Positions 13,311-25,345 of a stretch of DNA of 35,636 bases are shown one piece after another (within the stretch, counting starts at the first letter, position 1; every line of letters starts with the position of its first letter). The DNA comes from Octopus bimaculoides (taxonomy: Eukaryota): contig NC_068986.1 of NCBI RefSeq assembly GCF_001194135.2, forward strand, positions 42,339,882-42,375,517, in the 5' to 3' direction. The position numbers were made by a program, and so were the translations under genes. The notes beneath the pieces are model-generated. The model did no database searches and had not been told where the DNA came from. It saw nothing but the letters and a program-made list of their open reading frames with translations.

Positions 13311-13410
13311 ACGAGGGGGAAAAAGCGATACGTAGTAGTAACAGAGGAAGAACGAGAGGGGTAAAGCGAGATACGTAGTAGTACAGAGGAAGAACGAGGG
13401 GGGGTAGGAA
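13311..13410 (+). repeat. About 41-42-bp minisatellite (two full units plus a partial one), abutting an assembly gap
   Basis: acgagggggaaaaagcgatacgtagtagtaacagaggaaga / acgagaggggtaaagcgagatacgtagtagtacagaggaaga / acgaggggggtagg. Confidence 0.85.
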
Positions 13411-13639
13411 AGAGAAAGAGATAGAGTAGCGTCGGAGGATATGAGTTTACGAAAACTACTTACATTTTGGAAGACGCTGCGTTCAATCATGTAAAAACAA
13501 ATAGTAATTGAGTATATGCATATATACGTACAGGTATGTGCATATATATATATATATATAGCAATAAGAAAATGGAGGGGAATAGGTGGTATTCATCAAC
13601 TTGCAGACATTGTATTGTGTCGATACACCTGTTTGTTTG

Positions 13640-13975
13640 TTAACTAAGAGGAACTTGAGGAAGTTGAACTGATGCCACACCCAGCATATAGTCCGGATCT
13701 GGCTCCCTCGAATTATTACTTCTTACAATTCGTGGCTCACTCCCATCGCTCGCAACGCTTTATCAACCAAGAGTGGGTGGAAGCTTCAGTGAAGGAGTTC
13801 TTTGCCTCGAAGCACAAGAAATGGTATCAGCGTGCGATCACAGAACTAGTAGAAAGGTAATCTCAAACGGCGCAACACGATGACCTCTATTTTCAATTCT
13901 AGGCTGTTTTTTTTTTTGTTTTTTTTTGTACCTTGAATAAAGCAACTAAGTTACCGAAATATTGCACAATTGTTG
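13640..13975 (+). mobile_element. Mariner transposase C-terminal fragment
   Basis: PHPAYSPDLAPSNYYFL...VKEFFASKHKKWYQRAITELVERW, which contains the YSPDLAP(S)D signature. Confidence 0.9.
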
Positions 13976-14513
13976 NNNNNNNNNNTTGACTCAACACAAT
14001 ACTTACATAATACAAATATACATACATACATGTGTATATATGTGTGTGTGTATATATGTGTGTGCGTGTATGTGTGTGCGAAAAATAGGAAGGGAGAAAG
14101 ATAAGTGGGCAATAAACAGTTTGCAGGGGATATCAGAGGAAAGATAAATGAAAGTCACAAAAGGAATTATATAAATTATCGTAGAATACGGCGAATTCTG
14201 GCAGCTAATTCACCAAACTAGAAGTGCATGCCAACCCCACAACCCTAGATTGAGTTAAATGAGATTGTTGTGCTATCGGTTGTTCTACACATTATGTAAA
14301 AGAGCTGGAAGGTGTGTCAGATGCTCAGGTGAACCTCGATTTAATTACAGTATGTTTTCATATCAATCTTCGCATCAACATCCAAGTTATGCATCGTGGA
14401 ATCATCTCTACGTAATTATTTGACGTCGAAACTACGCGGTTGGGAGCCAACAGAGACGCACAGTCTATACATGCACACACAACCTATAAATATATATTTC
14501 CAACATCCTTTAT

Positions 14514-14514
<1 letters not shown>

Positions 14515-14574
<60 letters not shown>

Positions 14575-14683
14575 NNNNNNNNNNNNNNNNNNNNNNNNNN
14601 NNNNNNNNNNNNNNNNNNNNNNNNNNNNNNNNNNNNNNNNNNNNNNNNNNNNNNNNNNNNNNNNNNNNNNNNNNNNNNNNNNN

Positions 14684-14720
<37 letters not shown>
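14515..14720 (+). repeat. (CA)n - gap - (GT)n: complementary dinucleotide tracts facing each other across a gap
   Basis: Direct reading; N-run 14575-14683. Confidence 0.9.
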
Positions 14721-14722
<2 letters not shown>

Positions 14723-15329
14723 ATATAATATCATATAATCTCATATCATAGTGAATAGGCGTGTGACTTCGGGAAATAAATTTCATCTGATCTTCTAACA
14801 TATAACAGTTACTTCTTGCTGTAACTATAATATAGTCATACAATTAGGAATCAAAATTACCATGGACTAAAATCCCTCGCTGGTAAAAATTTACAATAAG
14901 ATTTCAAACAAGAGTAGACTGTGTAACTGAAATGTTCATTTTTAGTATAGGCAGAAGGGTACGCACTTATTCAATCATCCTTGGAACGATGATAAACTAA
15001 GTTGACATTAGCGGGAATGCAGCTCAGAGCGTAACGAGACGTTACTAAATGTTTTTTTGTTATTTTTTTCTGTCGACTTTCTACCTGTTACAAAAAATTT
15101 ATTTCTAATATAGACACAAAGATCATTAGTATGGTTGATAGTTATAGTCAGATATAGTGTGCCCCAACTCTTGGAAAGTAATTACATTTTGGACAGCGTA
15201 AAAATGAAAAGCAAAATCGGGTTCTGCAGGATTTGTGTCCAGAAAATAAGCGTACGTAATGAAATACTGAAAAGATATTTTGTGTGATGTTGTTTCGATT
15301 CTGCCCTTACATCACTATAGTCTGTCCAT

Positions 15330-15530
15330 TGATATTGGTTTCAAATTTTGGCACAAGGTCAACAAATTCGTGTAAGGTGTGTAAGTCGATTACATCGACC
15401 CTTGTGTTCAAATGGTACTTAATTTATCGACCTCGAAATGATGAAAGGTAAATTTGACCTCGAAGGATCTTGAACACAGAACGTAAAGCCGGACGAAATG
15501 ACGCTAAGCACGCGAGCAACTCTGCCGACT
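15330..15530 (-). mobile_element. SINE-like repeat, same family as 995-1445
   Basis: Reverse complement of the ggcagag/aatc...gttctg.gttcaa...gataaattaagtacca...gtcgatgtaatcgact pattern. Confidence 0.7.
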
Positions 15531-15680
15531 CAACATATTCCCCTCTCAAATTCACACACTTTTTGCAGCGGTCCTTCAGTTTTTCTAAGACCAGTGAAAT
15601 AACTTGGAATGTTATGCCTCCAATCAGGCCTTTCACGATATTCTTAAAGCCAGGAACTTTTCAGCACACCCTCATACCTT
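15530..15680 (-). mobile_element. Mariner transposase extreme C-terminal fragment
   Basis: LEKLKDRCKKCVNLRGEYVE. The sequence is similar to the copy at 24918-25070. Confidence 0.75.
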
Positions 15681-16630
15681 AAACAAGTTAGCATCAAGTC
15701 TTATCTGTATATACAAATTTGCAGTTGAGGTGCAGTATATCACCTCAAGTATTAATGACAGACTGAGCGGAAATAATATTGAATCTAGGATACAGCTCCG
15801 CTTGACTGCCACTATAACATCAAACTGTACAGGGTCAGAATTCAGCTGCGCAATCCGAACCCTCATGCCAGCGTGTAGGGGCTCGAGAAAATTTTCCGTG
15901 AAACATTTCAGGACATCCAAACTCTCTGAGCACCTACCACTGGCTCGACTTATTTCCTGTATCGAAGACGAAATTCAATGTTTTTTCCTGTTCCACGCAT
16001 TTCTCCTGGCGTTGACAGAGACGGAATATCATATCCAAATTAATTTTTTTCACACATACTTGAGATGAGGAACAACCATTCTTGTTTTCTCACTAAATCT
16101 ATACAATAATCTTCTTGCGAAAATCTTCTTCATTGCAATAAGTCAATAAGTAAAGAAATCTGTCGATAGTTCTTGCATTTATTCCTCATGGCCTTATTGA
16201 ACACGGGGTCGATGCTAGCATCCTTCTAGTCCTGCAAACCCTCACCAGCCTTACATAATTCCAGATTAAGCTGGTAGAGGCACCAAATTAATTTGTCTCG
16301 TTTATTTTCCCATTCTTCTGCTAAGTTCCTCACCAATTCTGGTGCCTTTCTATATGAGAGTGATCTGAATGCAAGAAGCACCTCCTTTAGATTAACGCAG
16401 AAAATCATAGCTGATGCCAGTGGCATGAGTAATTTCTATTTTGGACTAAGTGATGTAAAAGAAGTTAAGAAAGAGACTGGTGGTACACACCTTAGGCCAG
16501 CTGATGAACTATGAATGTTCCAGATAAAAAAGGGAGATGTTCCAGATAAAATGCTCAATGCATCCAAAAATGTCAGGCAGAAAACACTGGAAATGTGACA
16601 TGTCTTATTACTGATTAAATTACGAGACAA
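15680..16630 (-). mobile_element. Decayed RTE-clade LINE RT fragment
   Basis: EVLLAFRSLSYRKAP (KAPG motif); DMIFRLCQRQEKCVEQ; LHAGMRVRI...FDVIVAVKRSCILDSILF...IQIRLDANLF. These match RTE-type RT regions. Confidence 0.8.
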
Positions 16631-18038
16631 TATGAAATAATCGGTAGCGTATTTATTTCTATGACATTTTAAACATATTTTTTACGAAGGATATGACGAC
16701 GCAAAAAGAGAAAAATATTTCTGTTAATAGCATTATCTAATTATCAGATAATTCATTGTCTAATTATTTCATTAGTAAATATTTTCGAGTAAAATGTGAA
16801 AGCTTGCTTGTTTATTATTTTTTGTTAAATATTGCACCATACATTTATGAAAATTCTATTGTTGCTCACATAAAGTCATTTTTTTTCTGTTTTAATTTGC
16901 GACTAATTCATTGAATTAAATTATCAATTATAATGATCATCTCAGATCATTAGTATTTATTAAATACTTTTCCTGTGACTTGTAACAAGACTTGTTTTGT
17001 TTTTCTTTTCTTTTATCTTCAGCAGAAATTTATCCTTTTATAAATGATTATTGGTATAAATAGTGAAAATGGCTTCCAGCAGGAAGCAGTCAGAGTAGCC
17101 TCTAACATCAATCGAACTGTTTGAAATAGCAATCAATTCTCCCTCAACTCAAACCCCACAAAAGAGGACAGATTAGATAATGTAGTCCTAGACACCCATC
17201 AAAAGAAAGGATGACCATGGCTGAGATGCTTTTTGTGTTTAATCGGGATTAGCCTGGAACTACATACCCTTAACAAAACAACAACAACAACAACAAAACA
17301 ACAACAAAAACAACCATTTATGTATCTGTCTTGAATAAAATAAATTTGAAGTTACTTTTAATCAGCAACTGTTGATTTCAAAAAAGAAATGTTGCTGATG
17401 TAACTGTAGATATGAAATGGAGATTATGTGACTTCGAAATACAAAGATTATCAACTTGAGGATATGTTCATTAAATAGCGAAAGATAAAATCGATGTTGC
17501 CATTGCACATCACGGATTCTATACGATGATAATGACGACGACGACAGCAACAGCAACAACAACGACTACAACAACGATGACGATGATGATGATGATGATG
17601 ATGATTCATTGAATATACACAAAAGACGAATGTTGGTTTATTTAAATATGTACTAAGTCCCACAGTGTACGGTGACTATTATACGTTTCTGCATGGAATT
17701 AACACTGTATGTGGCACCAATTGGCTTAATCTAGGACTGAACCTATACTGCAAATTTCGCCTGTCGGTAATTTAACTTTTGCACTACAACGCTTGTTTAA
17801 CAGACGAGAAAATACATCATTAGATTATTAAAGTGTGAAAGGTTTAGTTAAGCTAGCAGGCGGCTAACCTTACTTCGTAGCTATATAAACTGTCGGAGCA
17901 ATATGGTTTAAAATAATATCAATAAACAACCATCCTGTTTAAACAAATTCGAACAAAATCTCAGACTTTATTAGTTAACGCTTAATGAAATTTGTTATAT
18001 AACTATTCACTAGCTCTCCACTTTCTATTTCATTGCAG

Positions 18039-18140
18039 GTTCTGGAATTTTCATTTCACCGAAAGGAGTCCTTTCGAATTCAGGGTCTGTTGCTCTTAGT
18101 TTGATTGTGTGGACAGGGTGTGGAGTACTGGCAACATTTG
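18039..18140 (+). CDS. SLC7A9-like: SLC7 amino acid transporter light chain, internal exon (end of TM1 to TM2)
   Basis: Pyrimidine-rich ...cattgcAG acceptor and G|GTAAG donor. 102 nt, phase 1-1. Encodes (G)[33 protein letters not shown](G), which carries the APC/LAT GSGIFxSP motif. Too short to appear in the ORF track. Confidence 0.95.
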
Positions 18141-20069
18141 GTAAGAATTTTCAAATGATTTCTTTTTCTTCTTCCAGGATATTATGAGTCGTCAATTTTG
18201 CGAGTCCTGTCTTACTTTTACTGGAAGATTTAGAAGTCGTGAAACAACTACGTCACATATTTCTGCTTTCTTTTCAGAAATTAGTGCTATCAGGAAAGAA
18301 ATGTACTTTTCAAGCAGCAAAAATATAATGCTTTATGGGATTTAGCTATGGTTATTTACATTCTGAGTTCAGATTCTTTCAGTGTTAGAATTTGCTTCTC
18401 ATCATTCTTGCTTCTATGAAATAAACTCCGAGCCAAGTACTAGGCTCGATACAAAAACAAACACATCCTTCCTTTTTAAAGAAGTTGAAGCTGTAAAGTA
18501 TCCAAGTCTCAGATGTGTAAACTTGTTTCAAAGATGGATGCATTTGTTCAATTTGTTTTTTTGGATCATCGTCCACTGTAGTGAATACGGTTAACAGATA
18601 AGAAAACTGAACTCGAAAATTTATCGTGACTAATTCAATGTTTAGCTAACAGCTACTTTTCTATTCATGCTTCCATGATCAATAATATAAATACCACGAA
18701 ACAACGAGGGAACTTCTCTGTAGTCTCGTTCAACTGTTTTTAGAAATAACAGCCAAATGTCTCTCAAATCACATATTGTCTTCAAAATCAAAGGGACATA
18801 TTAGACCATGTAATCCTTAATAACAAAAATGGAAAAAGGACAAAACTATGGTAAAATCCGGAATGTCTTTGCCCATAGGTTTTGTGACCTGGACATCAAT
18901 GTTTTGAAACTCCCCTATTTTCCATTACATTTCAGACAGATTCAGCTCTGAGTTACTGAAGCAGGAATATCGCTATAGCGAATATTCTGCTCGATACCAT
19001 TGATTTGCTTGTCAGTTTCTTGATCTTAACCACTTGAACATGTCTCTTAGTGGCTGACAATGTATACATCTCTGATCATGAGCAGGAGTAGCGGAGGAGC
19101 ATCATAGCCATATGTTGAGAGGGATTCTTTGGGGTTTGAATAAAGGTAACAAGAGCAAAGTTTGAAGGTAATATGAACCATTTATCAAAGTTTCTAGGGA
19201 TAAGCAAATAAGAAATAACAGTCGATACCCAAGGACAAAGTTCATGTTTCACAGTGTTATCTGCATAACACTGTCCACTACAATATGTCCTATCATATGT
19301 GTTTATATACATAATGTCTTATTACAGTTGACATAGAATGTCGTAGGGCTGGATATCCTTAAGTAATTGGATAAGTTTATTTTTCTCTGACTTATTGAAG
19401 TGATTTTTGAATACGAAACCTATAAATATTTTTATATCGATCATGGACCGTAGAATACAGGATACTATGATGAAGTTCCGATTCTGCAACTTAGACTGGA
19501 CTACTGGTCGAAGCCAATTCCATTTGAAGTTAATAGCTTCAGAAAAGAAGGGATGTCATATGATCAAATACCCTCGATTTATGAAATATACTCTCTTTAC
19601 AAAATTACAAAAACATGAAATATACAGTCCAAGTTACACTAAGCTTTATATTCACATGTCCGTCATCCGAATGCCTATATCAGTTTTCTTTCTGACACCG
19701 ACTGTGGAATGAATTTTCTGTATACTTCATGGATTAATATACACATCAATAGTGATGTCACACATCACTTGACAGGCCGCTGTCTTAAGTCTGACTTCAC
19801 CAATTACAAAAGTGTGCGCTGAAGATCGTTATGAGAAATTCCCGATATTAGTAATAATGCCATCATACAGAATTTGCTGCAGACACAGAATATGAATATA
19901 CATTACACTTCTTCATAATTGGTAATAAGCACTTTGGGGTCTTATACAAGAAAAAATACAGCATCGAAATATTTTGTTTACATTATTTCCATTTATCCAT
20001 CTATGTATCCTCCCTCTCTCTCTCTTTCCTCTCTCCCCCTCTATCTTCTCCCCTCTATCTCTGAGACAT

Positions 20070-20070
<1 letters not shown>

Positions 20071-20142
<72 letters not shown>
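20071..20142 (+). repeat. (AT)n microsatellite about 75 nt upstream of an exon acceptor
   Basis: Direct reading. Confidence 0.97.
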
Positions 20143-20151
<9 letters not shown>

Positions 20152-20216
20152 TTGTATATGATATGGTATGTAGGTATGCGTGTATCCTTTATTTATTTTT
20201 TTTTTTTTTTTTACAG

Positions 20217-20480
20217 GAGCTTTAAGTTATGCCGAACTTGGAACATGTGTGCCGAAATCTGGAGCAGAACACGCCTACTTCCTATTCGCTTACAGTCCAC
20301 TGGGCAAGATTTTCGGCCGAATACCATGTTTTCTATTTGACTGGGTTGGTCTATTCATTATCCGACCAACTATGTTTGCTGTAATAAGTTTATCATTGGG
20401 AACATACGCTGCAAAACCTTTTTACGAAAATTGCGACCCGCCAGATTCTGTGGTCAAGCTCATCACTATTGCTACGATGT
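20217..20480 (+). CDS. SLC7A9-like: SLC7 amino acid transporter, internal exon (TM2 end to TM4)
   Basis: Poly-T/acAG acceptor and T|GTAAGT donor. 264 nt, phase 1-1. Encodes (G)ALSYAELGTCVPKSGAEHAYFLFAYSPLGKIFGRIPCFLFDWVGLFIIRPTMFAVISLSLGTYAAKPFYENCDPPDSVVKLITIATM. Contains the ALxYAELG and KSGxE motifs and the Cys (NCDPP) equivalent to the residue that disulfide-links to the SLC3 heavy chain. Confidence 0.96.
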
Positions 20481-20487
20481 GTAAGTT

Positions 20488-20541
<54 letters not shown>
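20488..20541 (+). repeat. (TAC)18 microsatellite 7 nt downstream of the exon end
   Basis: Direct reading. Confidence 0.97.
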
Positions 20542-20543
<2 letters not shown>

Positions 20544-23085
20544 TTTGTCTGTGTTATTCAATATGACAATATCCTGCAGACGGTGTTCGATTACACGATC
20601 TGTCTGAAAATCATAGTCCCAGAGTGTCGTTACTTTTCCATCCTCCAGCATAACTTTACTTGGTACATGCTCATACCAGTTCTTTGTTACTTCATATTGG
20701 TATTTACGGCATGAGAGCCAATGAAGATGCATACACATTTTATCGTGGCGGCGCTTGTAATTTTTTTTTGTGCAAGGCTCTCACATCCACTTAAAGAGTG
20801 GGTTACATTTTCCATACTCTTTCCACAGTCTGCATTTCTGGGTGTCAGAAGTTTTATAGATGTTATATACTTCACTAAATTGGTAGCGAGAGCTTGGTCT
20901 TGTACAGAAATGATCAGGATTTCGGTGGTACCCTTTAGATCACCTTGCTCAAGCCATGACCACGGTGCTGTAATATCTTTAACGTTCTGTGTATTCCTTT
21001 CAAACAGTTCAAAAATTCTCATTTCAAGAAGGTCTTCTTTTCTCTTCTTTTCAGTTCTTTGGTCAAACTCTTCCTTGCCCATCATTTCATCTGCATTTAC
21101 ACCCATATCTTTCGCGGCATATTGCAGCAGGTCATCATCAGTATTTATCAAATACTCGGCAAGCGTTCTCCTTTCACTCCTTATACAATGGTCTATACTA
21201 ATTATTCCTCTACCACCATTCTTTATTTTCATATACAGTTTGTTCACGTTTGCTTTAGGGTGTAACTCCATGCAGCGTCATCAACTTTCTCATCATTCCA
21301 TCCAATGTTGATATTTCCTCCTTCGTCCATTTGAGGATGGACGCACTATATCTGACCACCATAACTGCCCAGATATTCATTGCGGTAATCAAATTTTTGG
21401 CATTCAAGTTGAATTTCAACACAATCTCCACCCTTTTTTGATACGTCTCGCTGATTTTGACTTTCATTTCTCTGTGAAGAGTGTCATCCAGCTCCAAAAT
21501 CCCTAAATATCTATACCCACTATCGTCGGGTTTACCCATTGTCTCTCCTGATGGTAACCACAATCCTCTGCAGGCTGCTCTCTTCCCTCTTTTCATATTA
21601 AGTACTGAGCAATTCCATACCGATGTCCCTACCACACTTCTGGACTGTTTTGGTTAAGGAATCTATCTGTTTTTCAGATGTCTCAAACAATTTCAGGTCA
21701 TCTATAAACAGAAGATGGTTCAATGATTGGCCTTTCTTCCCACATCGGTAACCCATCTTAACTTTCCTAAGTATCATTGTCATGGGTATTAGTGCAATTG
21801 CAAATAGTAACAGAGGAAACGAGTCACCTTGGAAGATTCCCCTTTTAATATTAGCTTCTCCAAGGAATACATTACTTGAGTACAATTTGGTTTTCCTCTC
21901 TTTCATGCTATGCATCAGAAAATTTGCTATGTTTCAGTAAAACCAAGCATCTGCAGGCAATTCAGCGATCCAAGAATGCGGCATCATATCATATGCCTTC
22001 TTAAAGCCAATCCAAGCCATAGACATGTTTGTATGATGTTTTCTTGAATGCCACAAAACTGTTTTATCGATGACCTGGTGATCCTTGGTACTCTGAGAAT
22101 TCTTCCTACATCCTTTTTGTTCTCTTGGTAGTATTTCTTCCTGTGCCATGAAAGTGTATGTCTTTGCCGCACATATTCCAGCAAGTATCTTCCAGACTAT
22201 GGTTTAGGTATGCTATGGGACGGTAGTTTAACACAATATTCCCCTTTCTTCTATCTTTCAATATAAGTGTTGTCCTTCCAGTCACCATCCACGCGGGGAC
22301 TGTACCTTTCTGGACATACCTCATTCAATTGGGCTGCTAGTCTTTCATGCACCGCGTGGCATCTCTTCAGCCAAAAGCCATGAATCTCCTCTAGTCCGGA
22401 GGCTTTCCAGTTAGGTACTTTACCCACTTGTTCTTTCACGTCACCCGTGCTTATGACTATATTCCTTTGTTTCTTTCCTCCTTGTAATTCTATCTTGATG
22501 GTTCCTATCCACATTGCATCCCTTTTATGCACCACATTGTTTCCCCATGATCCGCTCCAGAACTCATTGGCTTGATTTACATCAGGAGCAACATTTTCCC
22601 CATTGTCTCTTTCTAACGTTCGGAAGAATTGCTTCGCATTATTTTTGAACAATCTGTTCCCCTCGAGCTGATTATTTCTGTTCACAAATCTTCTGAACTG
22701 GCTTTTTGCCATGATCCTCTGTTTTAACTGTTCTATTACTGCATCAAACTCGTTCTTCCGTATTTTATATTTCTTCTCTGATTTTTCTCGGTCGGCCTTT
22801 TCCCCATTTTTCCAGTTTTCTCTTAACTATTGCTCAATTTTTCCTAGATCTTGTTTTACCCACATTATGTCCCTTTCAATGCGTCGTTTCCACCATGGTT
22901 CTTTTGCTTCACTATTTTTTGTTTTCTTAAGTTGTAATTTCTCCTCAGCAAGTAGTGCAATGGCTCGGAGAAGATTCCTTCTTTGTGTTATGTTTTCCGT
23001 CTGCCTGTATGGTATGACAGTATTTATCTTTTGTTTTACTTTATTTATCATACTCCTTTCTACCCTTCTCATATTTATGCAAATT
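20542..23085 (-). mobile_element. Decayed R4/Dong-clade non-LTR retrotransposon (RT + zinc knuckle + start of RLE), truncated at both ends
   Basis: Frameshifted ORF pieces: PWWKRRIERDI; KVPNWKASG; EQKGCRK; GFKKAYDMMPHSW; GIFQGDSFPLLLF; NHLLFIDDLKL; YRYLG; LHPKANVNKLYM..GGRG; QDQAL; HSLSGCESLA; LWDYDFQTDRVIEHRLQDIVIL. The domain order is RT, CCHC knuckle, restriction-like endonuclease. Confidence 0.9.
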
Positions 23086-23197
<112 letters not shown>

Positions 23198-23282
23198 TTC
23201 TATGTTTAAGAGATGAGGAATTATGTACATTATTTACATTATTTACAATTGACGGATATTTGTCTACATCTTATTTGTTGTT

Positions 23283-23328
23283 AATACAACGTTTCGGCTG
23301 ATATACCCTCCAGCCTTCATCAGGTGCC
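23283..23328 (-). ncRNA. Minimal type I hammerhead ribozyme-like motif (intact core, palindromic stem III)
   Basis: Minus strand reads GGCAC-CTGATGA-A-GGCTG-gagggtatat-CAGCC-GAAAC-GTT-GTATT. Core CUGAUGA/GAAA is canonical, stem II is a perfect 5 bp, and ACGT is a palindrome in place of stem III. Stem I is weak (one mismatch, two G-U pairs). Confidence 0.75.
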
Positions 23329-24079
23329 TTGAGGAAATTTCGAACCTGGGTTCTCATTCCTAAGGTATTTTTCGATGTTGTTTTTATTATTATCATTATT
23401 ATTGCTATTTATGCAAACTGCATGTATTAGAAGACCTAACTGCTTGTCATATTTGTTTATCACACTTTCATATAATCTGGTGAAAGATATCTGTCACTTC
23501 GTCGTCTCAATCCATTAACATCCATTAATTTTCCTTTTGATCAGAAATATCATAATATTCGATGCGTTAGAATTAATGTAAATTAATGTAAATTCGTATT
23601 TGAATTCGTAGTGTCAAAGAAATACCTCTTATTCAGGTTTTATTTCCTAAACATGACAGTGTTCCAATATGATGACGTTCAGCTGGTTGGAACCAGTAAA
23701 AGAGTGAACAGATGGATTATGTTTTCTTAGAATAAAACTAGTCACGTTACTATAGACACGTGTGAGTAAAAGCATTTAAGAATCGAAATAAGTGGTGATA
23801 GTGATAAGAACATTGAACGTGAAATTTATAATATTGATTTTAAAACCAATGAGAGGTGGAAACAACCTGACAAAACTGAAAATAGTTTCATTAAATATAC
23901 ACAATATATAACAAAAATCTGGCTGTAAAGGATTTTAAAAACATGTAGTGTAGGAATAATATTGTTTATTATTTGAAGGCAGATGAATATTGAAGAAACT
24001 ATTAGATGAATTTCTATAAATGCCACATTTATTCACTTACAACCGAAAATTGATAATTGTGAGCCCTATATTCTTTAGA

Positions 24080-24915
24080 TTCATAGGATCCTAGATATGG
24101 TTTGTTATTGGCATGTTCTAGGAGAAGGAGCTGCACCCATCATCTTCGCAAGAAACCTGTTACCGGATAGGGTGATACTGTAGATGTCCTTATCGCATAT
24201 TTAAAGGTTAACGGTTGCAGAAAAGCATGGATATGGAAGGGATTCCTGCAGGATAAAGTTCAGAGGATGAAGGATTGGTGTGCTGGAAAATGTGGGACCT
24301 CATGGATAGAAAATACGCGTAACAAGAGGAGTATTGTAGAGTGAATTTGATATTAGAGTCTCTATGTGGTGGTGACACAAATGCAGCCAGCTCTAGGGAG
24401 TAGCGGTCATAGCATTAACAGTAGTAAGAATAGCGAGAGAAATGACAGTATATGAGGTGAGATTCTTGTGTATGGAACGATATGAAGAGAGCTCAAGAGG
24501 ATAGTAAAGCGAAAACTATCCAATTATAAACTTCTGTTAGGTAGAGGCTGAAAAGTGGTTTTAGTATTCATTTAAGATTACTTCTCTTACATTGTTAATG
24601 ACATTAGAAAGCATAACCACCACAATATTAGCTGCTATAAGGAGTATAGAAATTTGACGGTTCCAACAAAGATCTTCCAACAAAGAGGTCAAGCCGTAGC
24701 CTGCAGAAAGGAATGAGGAAGCAAACGAACTGAATAAGAAGTGAGGATACGATGTGAAGAAAGAATGCTGAGAGAAATGTAGTCGGTTCGTGAGTCTGGC
24801 AGAAAGATGGAATAAATTAAGTGTAGTTGATGTAAAAGGTGGTAGGAGGGACGTAGAATGGCCAGACTTGTAGTGTGGTATGAGATAACCAGTGTATCGC
24901 ACATAAACATATGGA
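24080..24915 (-). mobile_element. Probable highly decayed CR1/L2/Jockey-group LINE 3' region
   Basis: Purine-rich plus strand. The minus strand resembles the SLxHRR...LFYRYY...CSxEL C-terminal region of CR1-group LINEs, but no clean frame is present. Confidence 0.4.
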
Positions 24916-24917
24916 AT

Positions 24918-25345
24918 GTACGAAGGAGCGCTGAAAGTTCTTGGCTTTGAGTAAATGAAAATATTGGGGGATCAATTATTTATGATTTTATTCAACATAT
25001 TCCTCTTTCAGACTCACGCACTTATTGCAGCAGTCATTCAGTTTTTTCCTAAGCCCTGTAAAAGAACTCTGAATGCTGCAAATCAGGCCTTCCGGGATAC
25101 CTTAAAACCCAGAAAATGTTCAGCAGCTCTACATATGTTATCAAGAAACAAAACAGACAAGCTTGTGAGGTGAAAGGTGTGGCGTGTCAGGACGGTTGTC
25201 ATAATTACAGGAATTAAGATGATTATTCATAGCATTTAGGGTCGAGATTCCTGATAGGAAGATGAGCCTTAGTTTACTGAGTTTCTGGTTCACCTTTGGA
25301 CCATAATGTTGGCGAGGCTGTAGGAGGGACCAGAACAATTGATGG
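24918..25345 (-). mobile_element. Mariner 3' end with TIR, same family as 15530-15680
   Basis: tacgaaggagcgctgaaagtt TIR-like end. Shares ttcaacatattcc...ttgcagc.gtc.ttcagttttt.ctaag with 15530-15590. A degenerate PDTPHLSP (PYSPDLAP-like) motif lies upstream on the minus strand. Confidence 0.7.

Noticed and set aside
13311-13410. CRISPR-like repeat array (also 453-503 and 6969-7012)
   Set aside because: These are head-to-tail tandem units without unique spacers in a eukaryotic intron, with no cas genes.
14971-15000. SIILGTMIN, resembling the SLC7 TM1 segment expected upstream of GSG
   Set aside because: It has no phase-1 GT donor after MI, ends in a stop, and the upstream frame does not resemble the SLC7 N-terminus.
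17020-17060. Pyrimidine tract + CAG followed by ATG ATT ATT G|GTATAA (MIIG)
   Set aside because: An in-frame TAA immediately precedes the ATG, the donor is weak, and there is no TM1 similarity.
20481-20566. In-frame read-through of the exon into poly-Thr
   Set aside because: A strong GTAAGT donor sits at 20481 and the extension is just the (TAC)n repeat.
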